32,000 nucleotides of DNA from Candidatus Saccharimonas sp. (GTDB lineage: Bacteria; Patescibacteriota; Saccharimonadia; Saccharimonadales; Saccharimonadaceae). Position numbers and translations under genes: made by a program. Positions 17,230 through 25,368 of the stretch are shown here, in pieces (position 1 is the stretch's first letter; each line of letters begins with the position of its first letter). Below the pieces are notes generated by a model. The model was not told the origin of the DNA. It searched no databases and worked only from the letters and a program-made list of their open reading frames with translations. The stretch covers positions 150,001 to 182,000 of the forward strand of contig CP076101.2 of NCBI GenBank assembly GCA_015256915.3. Direction: 5' to 3'.

Positions 17230-17238
17230 TGGTAAAAT
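17230..17238 (+). promoter_or_regulatory. extended -10 promoter of secA
   Basis: TGGTAAAAT. The leader carries a GGAGAGGG SD before the ATG at 17277. Confidence 0.45.
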
Positions 17239-17276
17239 ATAAGATAGATTTTATACTGTTTTTAATGGAGAGGGAA

Positions 17277-19937
17277 ATGTCTAAAAAAACTGCGAAGAAA
17301 AAAAATGTAATGGTGGAAGAAAACAAAGTTGATAAACTTTTGACTACTGTTTTTGGTGACCCGCAAAAGAAAGTTTTGCGCCGATTGCAACGAAAAGTTG
17401 ATGAAATTAATAATCTAAGCGAAAAATACAAAAAAATGAGTGATGAAAAGCTCAAAGAAGCTTTTAAAAAACTCAAAAAAAGCCTTTCGAAAAAAGATTT
17501 AGATGATATTTTGCCAGATGTTTTTGCGCTTGTGCGTGAAGCTTCAACTCGTGTGCTTGGAATGCGACATTTTGATGTTCAATTGATTGGTGGAATGGTT
17601 TTACATGAAGGAAAAGTTGCAGAAATGAAAACTGGTGAAGGTAAAACTTTGGTGGCAACTTTACCGGTTTCTCTTAACGCGATGGAAGGAAAAGGCGTTC
17701 ATGTTGTAACCGTGAACGATTATCTTGCTCAGCGCGATGCATCTTGGATGGGTAATCTATATGATTTTCTTGGCCTTTCGGTTGGTGTAATTATTAATGA
17801 AACAAGCTTTATTTTTGATCCAGAATATGACAACGAAGAACACGAAGATGAAAATATGCGAAAGCTTCGCCCAGCAACTCGAAAAGAGGCTTATGCGGCA
17901 GATATTACCTATGGAACAAATAATGAATTTGGCTTTGATTATTTGCGTGATAACATGGTGAATGAAGTTGAACTTTTACGCCAGCGTGAGCTTAATTTTG
18001 CAATTGTCGATGAGGTTGATTCTATCTTAATCGATGAGGCTCGAACTCCATTAATTATTTCTGCTCCTGCGGCTGAAAACCCAGAAAGCTATATTCAATT
18101 TGCGCAAGTTATTTCGCAGCTTTCGAAAGATGATTATGAAGTTGATGAAAAACGCCGAAGTGTAGCATTGACTGAATCTGGAATTGATAAAATCGAAAAA
18201 CTTCTCAATATGAAGAATCTTTACACGCCAGAACATTCTCGTGCAGTTTACCATGTTGAGCAAGCTTTGCGTGCTGAAACCCTCTTCAAACGTGACAAAG
18301 ATTATGTTGTGACAAATGATGGTGAGGTGATTATTGTTGATGAACACACTGGTCGTTTAATGAACGGTCGTCGATACAATGAAGGCCTACACCAAGCTAT
18401 TGAGGCGAAAGAAAAAGTGCCGGTTCTTCAAGAATCAATGACACTTGCTACAATTTCGTTCCAGAATTTCTTCCGCCTTTATAATAAACTTTCTGGTATG
18501 ACTGGAACTGCTTTTACTGAGGCCGAAGAATTTCAACAAATTTATTCTTTAGAGGTTGTGCAAATTCCTTCGAATAAACCAGTTATCCGTGACGATAAAG
18601 AAGACTTAATCTTTAAAACTGAAAAGGCAAAACTTAAAGCCGTTGCAGAAGCAATTAAAGAATATCATGCACAAGGTCGCCCAGTTTTGGTTGGTTCAGG
18701 TTCAATTGAAAAGAATGAACAAATTGCGAAATATCTTGATCAAGAAGGAATCAAGTATAACCTTTTGAATGCTAAAAATAACGAACATGAAGCCGCAATT
18801 GTAGCGCGTGCTGGAGAAAAAGGCGCAATTACGCTCGCAACGAATATTGCTGGTCGTGGAACCGATATTAAGCTTGGTAAAGGCGTGAAAGAATTGGGTG
18901 GACTAGTTGTTATTGGTTCAGAACGTCATGAATCTCGCCGAATCGATAATCAGTTCCGTGGTCGTGGTGGACGTCAGGGTGACCCTGGTGAAACGCAATT
19001 TTATGTTTCAACTGAAGATGATTTGATGCGAATTTTCCAGGGTGAACGAATTGCAATGTTGATGGATAGACTCGGTGTGCCAGAAGATATGCCAATCCAG
19101 CATAAATCTGTTTCGAAAACTCTTGAGAACGCTCAAAAACGTGTTGAAGGCTTTAATTTTGATACGCGTAAAAATGTTGTTCAATACGATAATGTGATTA
19201 ATCGTCACCGAAAAGTTGTCTACACGATGCGCCGAAAAATTCTTGAAGGCGAAGATATTACAGATGAAATTAAGGCTTTGTTTATTTCTAAAGCAGAAGA
19301 ACTTGCTGAACTTCCTTCAAAAAATAACGAAAAGTTTGTTTCGAATTTTACTGAAATCTTCCCAATCGAAGAAGAGAAAATTGAAGCACTTGGTCGAATT
19401 TCGAACGATAAAAAACGTATGAAATTAGCAAAACATATTGCCGAAGAACTTTACCAAGATAAAGAAAATGAGATCGGTAAAGAAGCGTTCCAAAAAGTTG
19501 AACGTGAAGTTTATATGCAAATTCTTGATACGCTTTGGATGAACCATCTTGAAAATATGAATTTCTTGCGTGAAGGAATTCATTGGCGAAGTGTTGGCCA
19601 GCGTGATCCGTTAGTTGAATATCGTGCTGAATCACAAAAATTGTTTGATGGTTTGCAAAATACTTTGCGTGATGAGACTATTCGAATTTTAACTAGAATT
19701 ACACCTAATGATGCTGCTGTTCGTCAAGAAGAAGATCATGATACCGAGCTCACTCGCCTTGCTGAAAATTCGGTTGAGAAAGGTGTTAATGAAATTCAAT
19801 CTGGTGAAAAAAACCGAGATGAAGACTTTTCGAAAGCTAAAAAAGTGTCTTCAAAAAATAGTGAAAATGCCAAGAAAAATAACGCACGGAAAGCTAAAAA
19901 AGCTCAACGTCAGAACAAGAGGAAGGGTCGTAAATAA
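17277..19937 (+). CDS. secA: preprotein translocase ATPase SecA
   Basis: Walker A MKTGEGKTL and DEAD-like VDEVDSILIDEARTPLIIS. TNIAGRGTDIKLG is also present. Start set at MSKKTAKKK after the SD. The C-terminus is a Lys/Arg-rich tail with no Cys-rich zinc motif. Confidence 0.95.
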   Translation: MSKKTAKKKNVMVEENKVDKLLTTVFGDPQKKVLRRLQRKVDEINNLSEKYKKMSDEKLKEAFKKLKKSLSKKDLDDILPDVFALVREASTRVLGMRHFDVQLIGGMVLHEGKVAEMKTGEGKTLVATLPVSLNAMEGKGVHVVTVNDYLAQRDASWMGNLYDFLGLSVGVIINETSFIFDPEYDNEEHEDENMRKLRPATRKEAYAADITYGTNNEFGFDYLRDNMVNEVELLRQRELNFAIVDEVDSILIDEARTPLIISAPAAENPESYIQFAQVISQLSKDDYEVDEKRRSVALTESGIDKIEKLLNMKNLYTPEHSRAVYHVEQALRAETLFKRDKDYVVTNDGEVIIVDEHTGRLMNGRRYNEGLHQAIEAKEKVPVLQESMTLATISFQNFFRLYNKLSGMTGTAFTEAEEFQQIYSLEVVQIPSNKPVIRDDKEDLIFKTEKAKLKAVAEAIKEYHAQGRPVLVGSGSIEKNEQIAKYLDQEGIKYNLLNAKNNEHEAAIVARAGEKGAITLATNIAGRGTDIKLGKGVKELGGLVVIGSERHESRRIDNQFRGRGGRQGDPGETQFYVSTEDDLMRIFQGERIAMLMDRLGVPEDMPIQHKSVSKTLENAQKRVEGFNFDTRKNVVQYDNVINRHRKVVYTMRRKILEGEDITDEIKALFISKAEELAELPSKNNEKFVSNFTEIFPIEEEKIEALGRISNDKKRMKLAKHIAEELYQDKENEIGKEAFQKVEREVYMQILDTLWMNHLENMNFLREGIHWRSVGQRDPLVEYRAESQKLFDGLQNTLRDETIRILTRITPNDAAVRQEEDHDTELTRLAENSVEKGVNEIQSGEKNRDEDFSKAKKVSSKNSENAKKNNARKAKKAQRQNKRKGRK

Positions 19938-21227
19938 ATGCGGCACACCGTTGAAGAAGTACGCCTAAAAAATGGCGTACGCGGCCTTCTTGTAAATGTT
20001 CCAGATGCAACGGTGATGAGTTTTCAATTTCAGTTTCGGGCTGGTTCGCGTTATACGAAAAGTCCAAAAATTTATGAAACCGCTCATATTATGGAACATA
20101 TGGCTTTTGGCGCAAACGCAAAATTTGTCAGCGAGCATGAATTTGAAGCTGAATTCACTAAAAATGGTGCTTATCACAACGCTTCAACTTCAGATATGAG
20201 TATGAACTATGTGGCGGATTGTGCCGATTTTGAGTGGGATAGGATTTTTGAACTTCAACTCCTATCAATTAGTCAGCCTAAATTTAATGAATTTGAGTTT
20301 AAAGCTGAAAAGGGGAACGTTCGAAATGAGCTTACAGGCTATTTGAATAATAATGCGCGTCTTCTTTGGCCAAAAATTCAGCAGGAATTTGGTGAGAAAG
20401 TTCTAACTTATGAAGAGCGACTTAAAACGATTGACAATATCACTCTTGAAGATATTTGCGAGCATCATAAACGTACGCACACAACCGATAATCTGCGTTT
20501 TGTGATTGCCGGAAAAATCACACCAACTCGCAAAAATAAAATTCTTGAAGGCTTTGAAAATTTACCGCTTGAAAGAGGTGAGCGTTTCGAAATCATTACT
20601 GATGAAATGAAAAAACCGAAAGAGCCAATTTTTATTTATCGCCCAGATTTGAAAAACATAAGTTTTGGTATTTCGCTTTTGCTTCCACGAAAACTTACAA
20701 CATCTGAAATGGATGCAATGCACGCTTTGAACCATATTTTAACTGGTACAATGCACGCTCGAATCCTTGGCCAAGCTCGCAAACGCGGTTTAACTTATGG
20801 TATTTATTCTGGTGCTTCACGTGGCCCAAAAGATTCTTCTTGGGATTTTGAAGGGCAAACTAATTATGGAACCGCTAAAGAGCTTTTTGAATTAATTGTT
20901 TCAGAGCTCAAAAAGGTTCTAAACGAAGAAATTACCGAAGAAGAGCTTGACGCTATGAAGAGCTATTCTCTTGGTTCGTTTCAAATGGGCGGGCAAACGG
21001 TAGCTTCAACGGCAGGATTTTATGCTTCTAGATATTTTTGGGATGGGCATCTTCGAGATTATAAATCTCAGCCAAAATTTATTAAGCAGATTTCTCGCGA
21101 GCAAATTTTTAAAGTTGCGAAAGAATTTATAGACGCAAATACTTGGATTTTGGGTGCAGTTTCTGGCGGTGAAAAATCACAAATTCAAGAGTTGAACCGG
21201 GAATTTTCTAAAATATTCGAAAAATAA
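19938..21227 (+). CDS. M16 (pitrilysin/insulinase) family zinc peptidase
   Basis: Inverted zinc motif HxxEH (AHIMEHMAFG). 429 aa. The start directly abuts the secA stop. Confidence 0.85.
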   Translation: MRHTVEEVRLKNGVRGLLVNVPDATVMSFQFQFRAGSRYTKSPKIYETAHIMEHMAFGANAKFVSEHEFEAEFTKNGAYHNASTSDMSMNYVADCADFEWDRIFELQLLSISQPKFNEFEFKAEKGNVRNELTGYLNNNARLLWPKIQQEFGEKVLTYEERLKTIDNITLEDICEHHKRTHTTDNLRFVIAGKITPTRKNKILEGFENLPLERGERFEIITDEMKKPKEPIFIYRPDLKNISFGISLLLPRKLTTSEMDAMHALNHILTGTMHARILGQARKRGLTYGIYSGASRGPKDSSWDFEGQTNYGTAKELFELIVSELKKVLNEEITEEELDAMKSYSLGSFQMGGQTVASTAGFYASRYFWDGHLRDYKSQPKFIKQISREQIFKVAKEFIDANTWILGAVSGGEKSQIQELNREFSKIFEK

Positions 21228-21250
21228 TCGCTTCGCGGCGGTTATTTTTT
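21225..21250 (+). terminator. intrinsic terminator
   Basis: TAATCGC-ttcgcg-GCGGTTA followed by T6. The stem includes the stop codon. Confidence 0.65.
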
Positions 21251-21262
21251 ATGCTTAAAATA

Positions 21263-21271
21263 TGTTATAAT
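21263..21271 (+). promoter_or_regulatory. extended -10 promoter of xseA-xseB, leaderless
   Basis: TGtTATAAT, then 8 nt, then the ATG at 21280. No SD. Confidence 0.5.
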
Positions 21272-21279
21272 AGTTTTAT

Positions 21280-22425
21280 ATGGATTTTGATGAATTCGAA
21301 GAGTTGTTAAATTTTGAAATAAAAAAACCTCAACCGAACGAGGTAATTTATAGCGTCTCAGATTTTATTGCAACTAGCAATGATATTTTTGAAAAGAGTT
21401 TTCCGAGTATTCTGATTGAAGGTGAAATTTCAAGCTTTAAGGTGAACCACAATAAGTTTGTTTTTTTTGATTTGAAAGATGAAGATTCGGTTCTTGGTTG
21501 CTTTATGACGGTTTGGCAAATGCGATTTCCGCTCGAAGATGGAATGAAGGTTATCGTACAAGCAAAGCCAAAACTCACAAATTGGGGAAAATTTAGCCTA
21601 ACAATTGAGAAAATCATACCAAAAGGTGAAGGAAGTCTCAAAAAATCTTTCGAAATTTTAAAGGAAAAGTTAATAAAAGAGGGCTTATTTGATGAAAGCC
21701 GCAAACGTGAAATTCCACGAAATCCTCAAAAAATTGCTGTTATTTCGAGCGTTCAGGCAGCGGGCTATGCTGACTTTATTAAGATTATTAACGAGCGTTG
21801 GGGTGGGTTAGAAATTACTGTTGCACATACGCAGGTGCAGGGAATTTCTGCGAGCGACCAGATTATTCGAGCAATTGATTTTTTCAATTCGCAAAGTGAA
21901 TTGCCAGATGTGATTACTATTATTCGTGGTGGTGGAAGTACTGATGATTTAGCGGTTTTTAATGACGAAAAATTAGTTCGTGCGATCTCTGCTTCTCGGG
22001 TGCCAGTTATTACAGGAATTGGCCACGAAATTGATGAAAGTTTGTGTGATTTAGCGGCAGATTTTGCGGCTTCAACACCAAGTAACGTTGCGCAATTTTT
22101 AACACCGAATAAATTTGACGAAATGAGATTTTTATGTTCAAAAATTTTGCACACAAACGATTTTATTATTTCGAAGATTGATGAATTGAAAATTGAAAAC
22201 CATCAAAAGATTTATAAAATGAAAGATTTAATTTTGAATAATATTTTTGAACAGCAAAGAGAAATTCAAGCTAAAAAGCGAATTTTAGAAAGCTACAATC
22301 CACAAAACATACTTTCGAAAGGCTATGCTTTAGTAAGCGGAAAATTAGCGGCTGGTGAAGAAATTATGATTCAAACAATTGATAAAAAAATAACGGCGGA
22401 GGTAAAAAATGTCGAACAAAATTAG
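21280..22425 (+). CDS. xseA: exodeoxyribonuclease VII large subunit
   Basis: N-terminal OB-fold pattern (ILIEGEISSFKVNHNKFVFFDLKD) and the catalytic region IIRGGGSTDDL...GIGHEIDESL. Followed by an overlapping xseB. Confidence 0.9.
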   Translation: MDFDEFEELLNFEIKKPQPNEVIYSVSDFIATSNDIFEKSFPSILIEGEISSFKVNHNKFVFFDLKDEDSVLGCFMTVWQMRFPLEDGMKVIVQAKPKLTNWGKFSLTIEKIIPKGEGSLKKSFEILKEKLIKEGLFDESRKREIPRNPQKIAVISSVQAAGYADFIKIINERWGGLEITVAHTQVQGISASDQIIRAIDFFNSQSELPDVITIIRGGGSTDDLAVFNDEKLVRAISASRVPVITGIGHEIDESLCDLAADFAASTPSNVAQFLTPNKFDEMRFLCSKILHTNDFIISKIDELKIENHQKIYKMKDLILNNIFEQQREIQAKKRILESYNPQNILSKGYALVSGKLAAGEEIMIQTIDKKITAEVKNVEQN

Positions 22426-22606
22426 TAAAAAAATGGCTGAAATTGATGATATTTTAATAAAAATTGAAAGTGGTGAGATTCCTCTTGAAGAGGTTTTTGA
22501 AAAATATAAAGAAGCAATTTCGAAAGCCGAAAAACTCGAGGGGGAACTTGATTCACTTAAAAATGAAATTCAAATTTTGAGTAAAAATTTTGCACAAGAA
22601 GAATAA
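22409..22606 (+). CDS. xseB: exodeoxyribonuclease VII small subunit
   Basis: 65 aa helical protein (LEEVFEKYKEAISKAEKLEGELDSLKNEI). GGCGGAGG SD. Overlaps the xseA 3' end. Confidence 0.85.
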   Translation: MSNKISKKMAEIDDILIKIESGEIPLEEVFEKYKEAISKAEKLEGELDSLKNEIQILSKNFAQEE

Positions 22607-22630
22607 AATCTCGCCGTAGCGAGATTGAAG
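22606..22630. terminator. hairpin terminator; U-tract only on the minus strand
   Basis: AATCTCGC-cgta-GCGAGATT. The plus strand has an A-run before it and no T-run after. The minus strand reads the hairpin then TTTTATT, so it fits best as the terminator of the minus-strand transcript from 22990. Confidence 0.6.
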
Positions 22631-22731
22631 CTAAACCGAAAAAATGAAAACTTGTGTTTTATATCTACCACGAGAATCTCCTTCTGCAATATGAAGGAGA
22701 AGGTCTATCTTGTGTCGTTTACAAAAGTCAA

Positions 22732-22990
22732 TCAAAATTTTACGCTGATAGTTTGAGTCTTTAGACTCACTGTAGCACTCAATATCACGGAGGTATTCTT
22801 TGAGTCAAAATTTATTTTGTGCATTTTCTTTGAAAGAATCTCAGCATCTTTGACTTTCGAAAAGCGAGAATTTTTATCAAAAATATGAATAAATTCTTGA
22901 TTCCTTCGACCGCGGTCAGAAAGTTTAATTTGCAATACTCCAAATCTATCAATTAAATCAGTTTTGCTTAGGTAAAAGTTCTTGGCTCAT
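22732..22990 (-). pseudogene. orphan E: apparently frame-disrupted small gene (10-codon start ORF, then ~85-codon ORF in another frame)
   Basis: A strong promoter and a TGGAGGTGG SD lead to the ATG at 22990, which encodes MSQELLPKQN and then TGA. The longer reading frame (…KNFYLSKTDLIDRFGVLQIKLSDRGRRNQEF…ISVKF, stop at 22732) is offset by one nucleotide. Its first ATG (22935) has no SD. Confidence 0.45.
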
Positions 22991-23016
22991 TTGCCACCTC
23001 CATTTTTAGTTTTAAT

Positions 23017-23045
23017 ATTTTAACATTTTATATAATTTTAGTCAA
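23017..23045 (-). promoter_or_regulatory. sigma70 promoter of orphan E
   Basis: The minus strand reads TTGACT-N17-TAAAAT. Confidence 0.6.
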
Positions 23046-23073
23046 GAAAAACCCCGCAGTTTGTTGCGGGGGA
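23046..23073 (-). terminator. intrinsic terminator of orphan D
   Basis: The minus strand reads CCCCGC-aacaaact-GCGGGG followed by TTTTT. Confidence 0.75.
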
Positions 23074-23091
23074 GAGAAATGTACTGTCTGC

Positions 23092-23451
23092 CTACCAAAC
23101 CTGCATTCCGTATAGCTCTTCGCTTAAGTTTATATCAACTTCTCTGAAGAAATATGAGTCATCTTCCTCCTCTTCAGGATCTTCGTTTTTACAATAAAGC
23201 GAAATACTTAGTTCGATTCCTGCTTTACTGCACTCATTTTTCAATATGAGTAAGTTTCCAAGCTTATCGTTTTGCTTGTCAGCAAAAACGAGGAGCTTAT
23301 CTTCTACTTCTACTCTCTTCTTAAGAAATTTTTGAATAATCTTTCGAGTTGTTTTCTCTTGAGATGGGTTATATTGAAGAATAGCTTCTTTAACGTCTAG
23401 ATGAGTATGATCTAGTGCTGATTTAGTAAGTTTTACACATACTAGTGCCAT
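23092..23451 (-). CDS. orphan D: 119 aa hypothetical protein with strongly acidic C-terminal patch
   Basis: AGGAGGTG SD 6 nt before the ATG at 23451. Contains the acidic patch NEDPEEEEDDSYFF. No signal peptide or known motif. Confidence 0.7.
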   Translation of the reverse strand: MALVCVKLTKSALDHTHLDVKEAILQYNPSQEKTTRKIIQKFLKKRVEVEDKLLVFADKQNDKLGNLLILKNECSKAGIELSISLYCKNEDPEEEEDDSYFFREVDINLSEELYGMQVW

Positions 23452-23500
23452 TTTGGCACCTCCTTTTTATTTTTTAGCTTTCTAAAAAGCTATAACTAAT

Positions 23501-23529
23501 ATTATAGCATAAAAACTCTTAAAAGTCAA
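23501..23529 (-). promoter_or_regulatory. consensus sigma70 promoter of orphan D
   Basis: The minus strand reads TTGACT-N17-TATAAT. The 5' UTR contains the hairpin AGCTTT-ttag-AAAGCT. Confidence 0.65.
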
Positions 23530-23551
23530 TTTGAATAATAATGGTGATGTA

Positions 23552-23560
23552 TGATATAAT
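23552..23560 (+). promoter_or_regulatory. extended -10 promoter of frr, leaderless
   Basis: TGaTATAAT, then 6 nt (agtgtt), then the ATG at 23567. Confidence 0.5.
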
Positions 23561-23566
23561 AGTGTT

Positions 23567-24121
23567 ATGTTTGATACAGATGAATTTAAATTAAAAATGA
23601 CTGAAGCCGTTGAGCATTTTAAGGGTGAAATGAAGAAGGTTCGAACGGGTCGAGCGCATCCTTCAATGCTTGATAGTGTTATGGTTGAAGTTTATGGTAC
23701 AAAAATGCCATTAAACCAAGTTTCGAATATGACTGCACCAGAGGCGGGGATGATCTTAATTACGCCATTTGACGCGAATAATATTTCAGCAATTTCGGCT
23801 GCAATTCGTAACGATCAAAGCCTTGGATTCAATCCAAGCGATGACGGCCGAGTTGTTCGAGTGCCAGTTCCGCCACTAACAGAGGAGCGTCGTAAGCAAA
23901 TCGTAAAACAAACTTCAGAAAAAGTTGAAGGCGCAAAAATTACGCTTCGAAATATTCGCCAAGATGCTTTAAAACATGCCAAAAAACTTAAAGATGAAAA
24001 ATCTTTAACTGAAGACGATTTAAAGCGAATTGAAAAAGAAATTGACGCTGAAATTAAAGATTTTAGCGCACAAATTGATGTAATTTTTAAAGAAAAAGAG
24101 AAAGAAATTCTCACAATTTAA
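23567..24121 (+). CDS. frr: ribosome recycling factor
   Basis: 184 aa with VRTGRAHPSMLDSVMVEVYG...RVPVPPLTEERRKQIVK, the typical RRF pattern. Confidence 0.94.
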   Translation: MFDTDEFKLKMTEAVEHFKGEMKKVRTGRAHPSMLDSVMVEVYGTKMPLNQVSNMTAPEAGMILITPFDANNISAISAAIRNDQSLGFNPSDDGRVVRVPVPPLTEERRKQIVKQTSEKVEGAKITLRNIRQDALKHAKKLKDEKSLTEDDLKRIEKEIDAEIKDFSAQIDVIFKEKEKEILTI

Positions 24122-24187
24122 ATTATTTTTTGCTGGCGCTTTAAAAACGTCGGCAAAAGCTAATTTAAAGAATTTCGAAAGGGCAGG

Positions 24188-25366
24188 ATGGAGATTTTGA
24201 ATTTAGTTTTTGGGATAATTATTGGTCTAATTTCGCTAACTTTTTTAGTTGCAATACATGAACTTGGTCACGCGCTTGCGGCCAAGAAAAACGGTGTAAA
24301 ACTTAAAGAATACGCAATCGGTTTTCCGCCAAGAATTAAAAGTTTTAGAGCAAAAACTAACAAAATTCTACCAAAAAACACAAAAATTTCGATCGGTGCG
24401 ATTCCATTAGGTGGTTTTGTTCGGTTGAAAGGGGAACACGATTCAGATTCTAAAAAAGGTGATTATGGTGCGGCAAGTTTTTGGGCAAAAACTCAAATTT
24501 TATTTGCCGGTGTTGCAATGAATTGGCTAGTTGCTTTTGTTATTTTTACGATCCTGTCGATTTTTGGAATGCCAAAGTTAATTTCGAATCAGTTTTATTT
24601 AGGTTCTGATGTTAGAATTTCTGGTGGTGGCGTGCAGGTTTCACAGATTTCGAATGATTCGCCTGCACAAAAAGCTGGCTTGCAAAAAAATGATATAATT
24701 TTGGAATTTAATGGTAAAAAAGTTGATAATTCTACCACCGTTAAAGAAGATTTGCGTAGTAATGCTGGCAAAAGTGTGAATTTAAAAATTCAGCGTGGCG
24801 ATCATTTTTTTTCAAAAGATGTTAAGCTAAACGAAAATAATAAGAATGGTTTTTTGGGCGCATTTTTGACTGATGGGATGCAAAAAATTCATGCAACTTG
24901 GAGCGCACCGATTGTTGGGCTTGGCACAACAATTCAATTTACGGGTGAAACTTTTAAAGGTGTTGGCGAACTTTTTATGAACTTTTTTGGCGGGGTTTTC
25001 GAAAAGCTAATTCCGAATCAGCAATCACAGCAGAAAGCAAATTCTCAACTTTCAAAAGCAGGTGAAAGTGTCTCTGGCCCAATTTTAGTGATTGGTGAAA
25101 TCTTCCCAAACATCATCTCGATGGGGCCTGATATGGTCTTAATGCTAACTGCAATTATTTCAATTAGTTTGGCGTGCATGAATATTCTGCCAATTCCTGT
25201 ACTTGATGGTGGTCGTTGGCTAATGACTTTCATTTTTCGAATTTTGCTCAAAAAGCCACTTTCAAAAGAGAATGAAGAGAATATCAACGGTTGGAGTTTT
25301 ATATTTTTGATGGGGCTTTCACTTTTAATTATTTTTCTAGATTTTACAAAGATTTTTAGAGGTTAA
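24188..25366 (+). CDS. rseP: site-2 (RIP) zinc metalloprotease RseP/RasP, M50 family with PDZ domain
   Basis: HELGHAL in the first TM segment. PDZ signature SPAQKAGLQKNDIILEFNG. C-terminal NILPIPVLDGG motif. Confidence 0.9.
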   Translation: MEILNLVFGIIIGLISLTFLVAIHELGHALAAKKNGVKLKEYAIGFPPRIKSFRAKTNKILPKNTKISIGAIPLGGFVRLKGEHDSDSKKGDYGAASFWAKTQILFAGVAMNWLVAFVIFTILSIFGMPKLISNQFYLGSDVRISGGGVQVSQISNDSPAQKAGLQKNDIILEFNGKKVDNSTTVKEDLRSNAGKSVNLKIQRGDHFFSKDVKLNENNKNGFLGAFLTDGMQKIHATWSAPIVGLGTTIQFTGETFKGVGELFMNFFGGVFEKLIPNQQSQQKANSQLSKAGESVSGPILVIGEIFPNIISMGPDMVLMLTAIISISLACMNILPIPVLDGGRWLMTFIFRILLKKPLSKENEENINGWSFIFLMGLSLLIIFLDFTKIFRG

Positions 25367-25368
25367 AA

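Noticed and set aside
22644-22694. A 16-codon ORF (MKTCVLYLPRESPSAI) in the xseB / orphan E intergenic region.
   Set aside because: It has no SD or promoter and overlaps the 8 bp hairpin. The region is more simply explained as the 3' UTR of the minus-strand transcript.
22703-22731. A TTGACT immediately after the stop of orphan E on the minus strand, considered as another cassette promoter.
   Set aside because: The hexamer 17 nt downstream is ATAGAC, a poor -10, and no ORF with an SD follows.
12655-23529. The recurring AAAAGTCAA(T/G) motif in five intergenic regions (12655, 13144, 13928, 23040, 23524) first looked like a dispersed repeat, att site or cassette boundary.
   Set aside because: On the minus strand it is simply the -35 hexamer TTGACT(TTT), placed exactly 17 nt from a -10 box in every case. 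It is a promoter element, not a mobile-element repeat.
972-24114. Numerous antisense or off-frame ORFs inside well-supported genes. Examples: 972..1355-, 1063..1296+, 4122..4304-, 6382..6789+, 8462..8845-, 10064..10369-, 18051..18347-, 21348..21704-, 21765..22154-, 23815..24114-.
   Set aside because: They fully overlap CDS with clear family motifs and have low-complexity or AT-codon-biased translations (F, K, I, L, S rich). They lack SD and promoter signals. They are typical shadow ORFs of AT-rich DNA.
24121-24187. Hairpin TTGCTGGCG...CGTCGGCAA after frr, considered as a terminator.
   Set aside because: No U-tract follows it, and rseP starts 30 nt later with no obvious promoter. frr-rseP read-through seems more likely, so it is not listed as a terminator.
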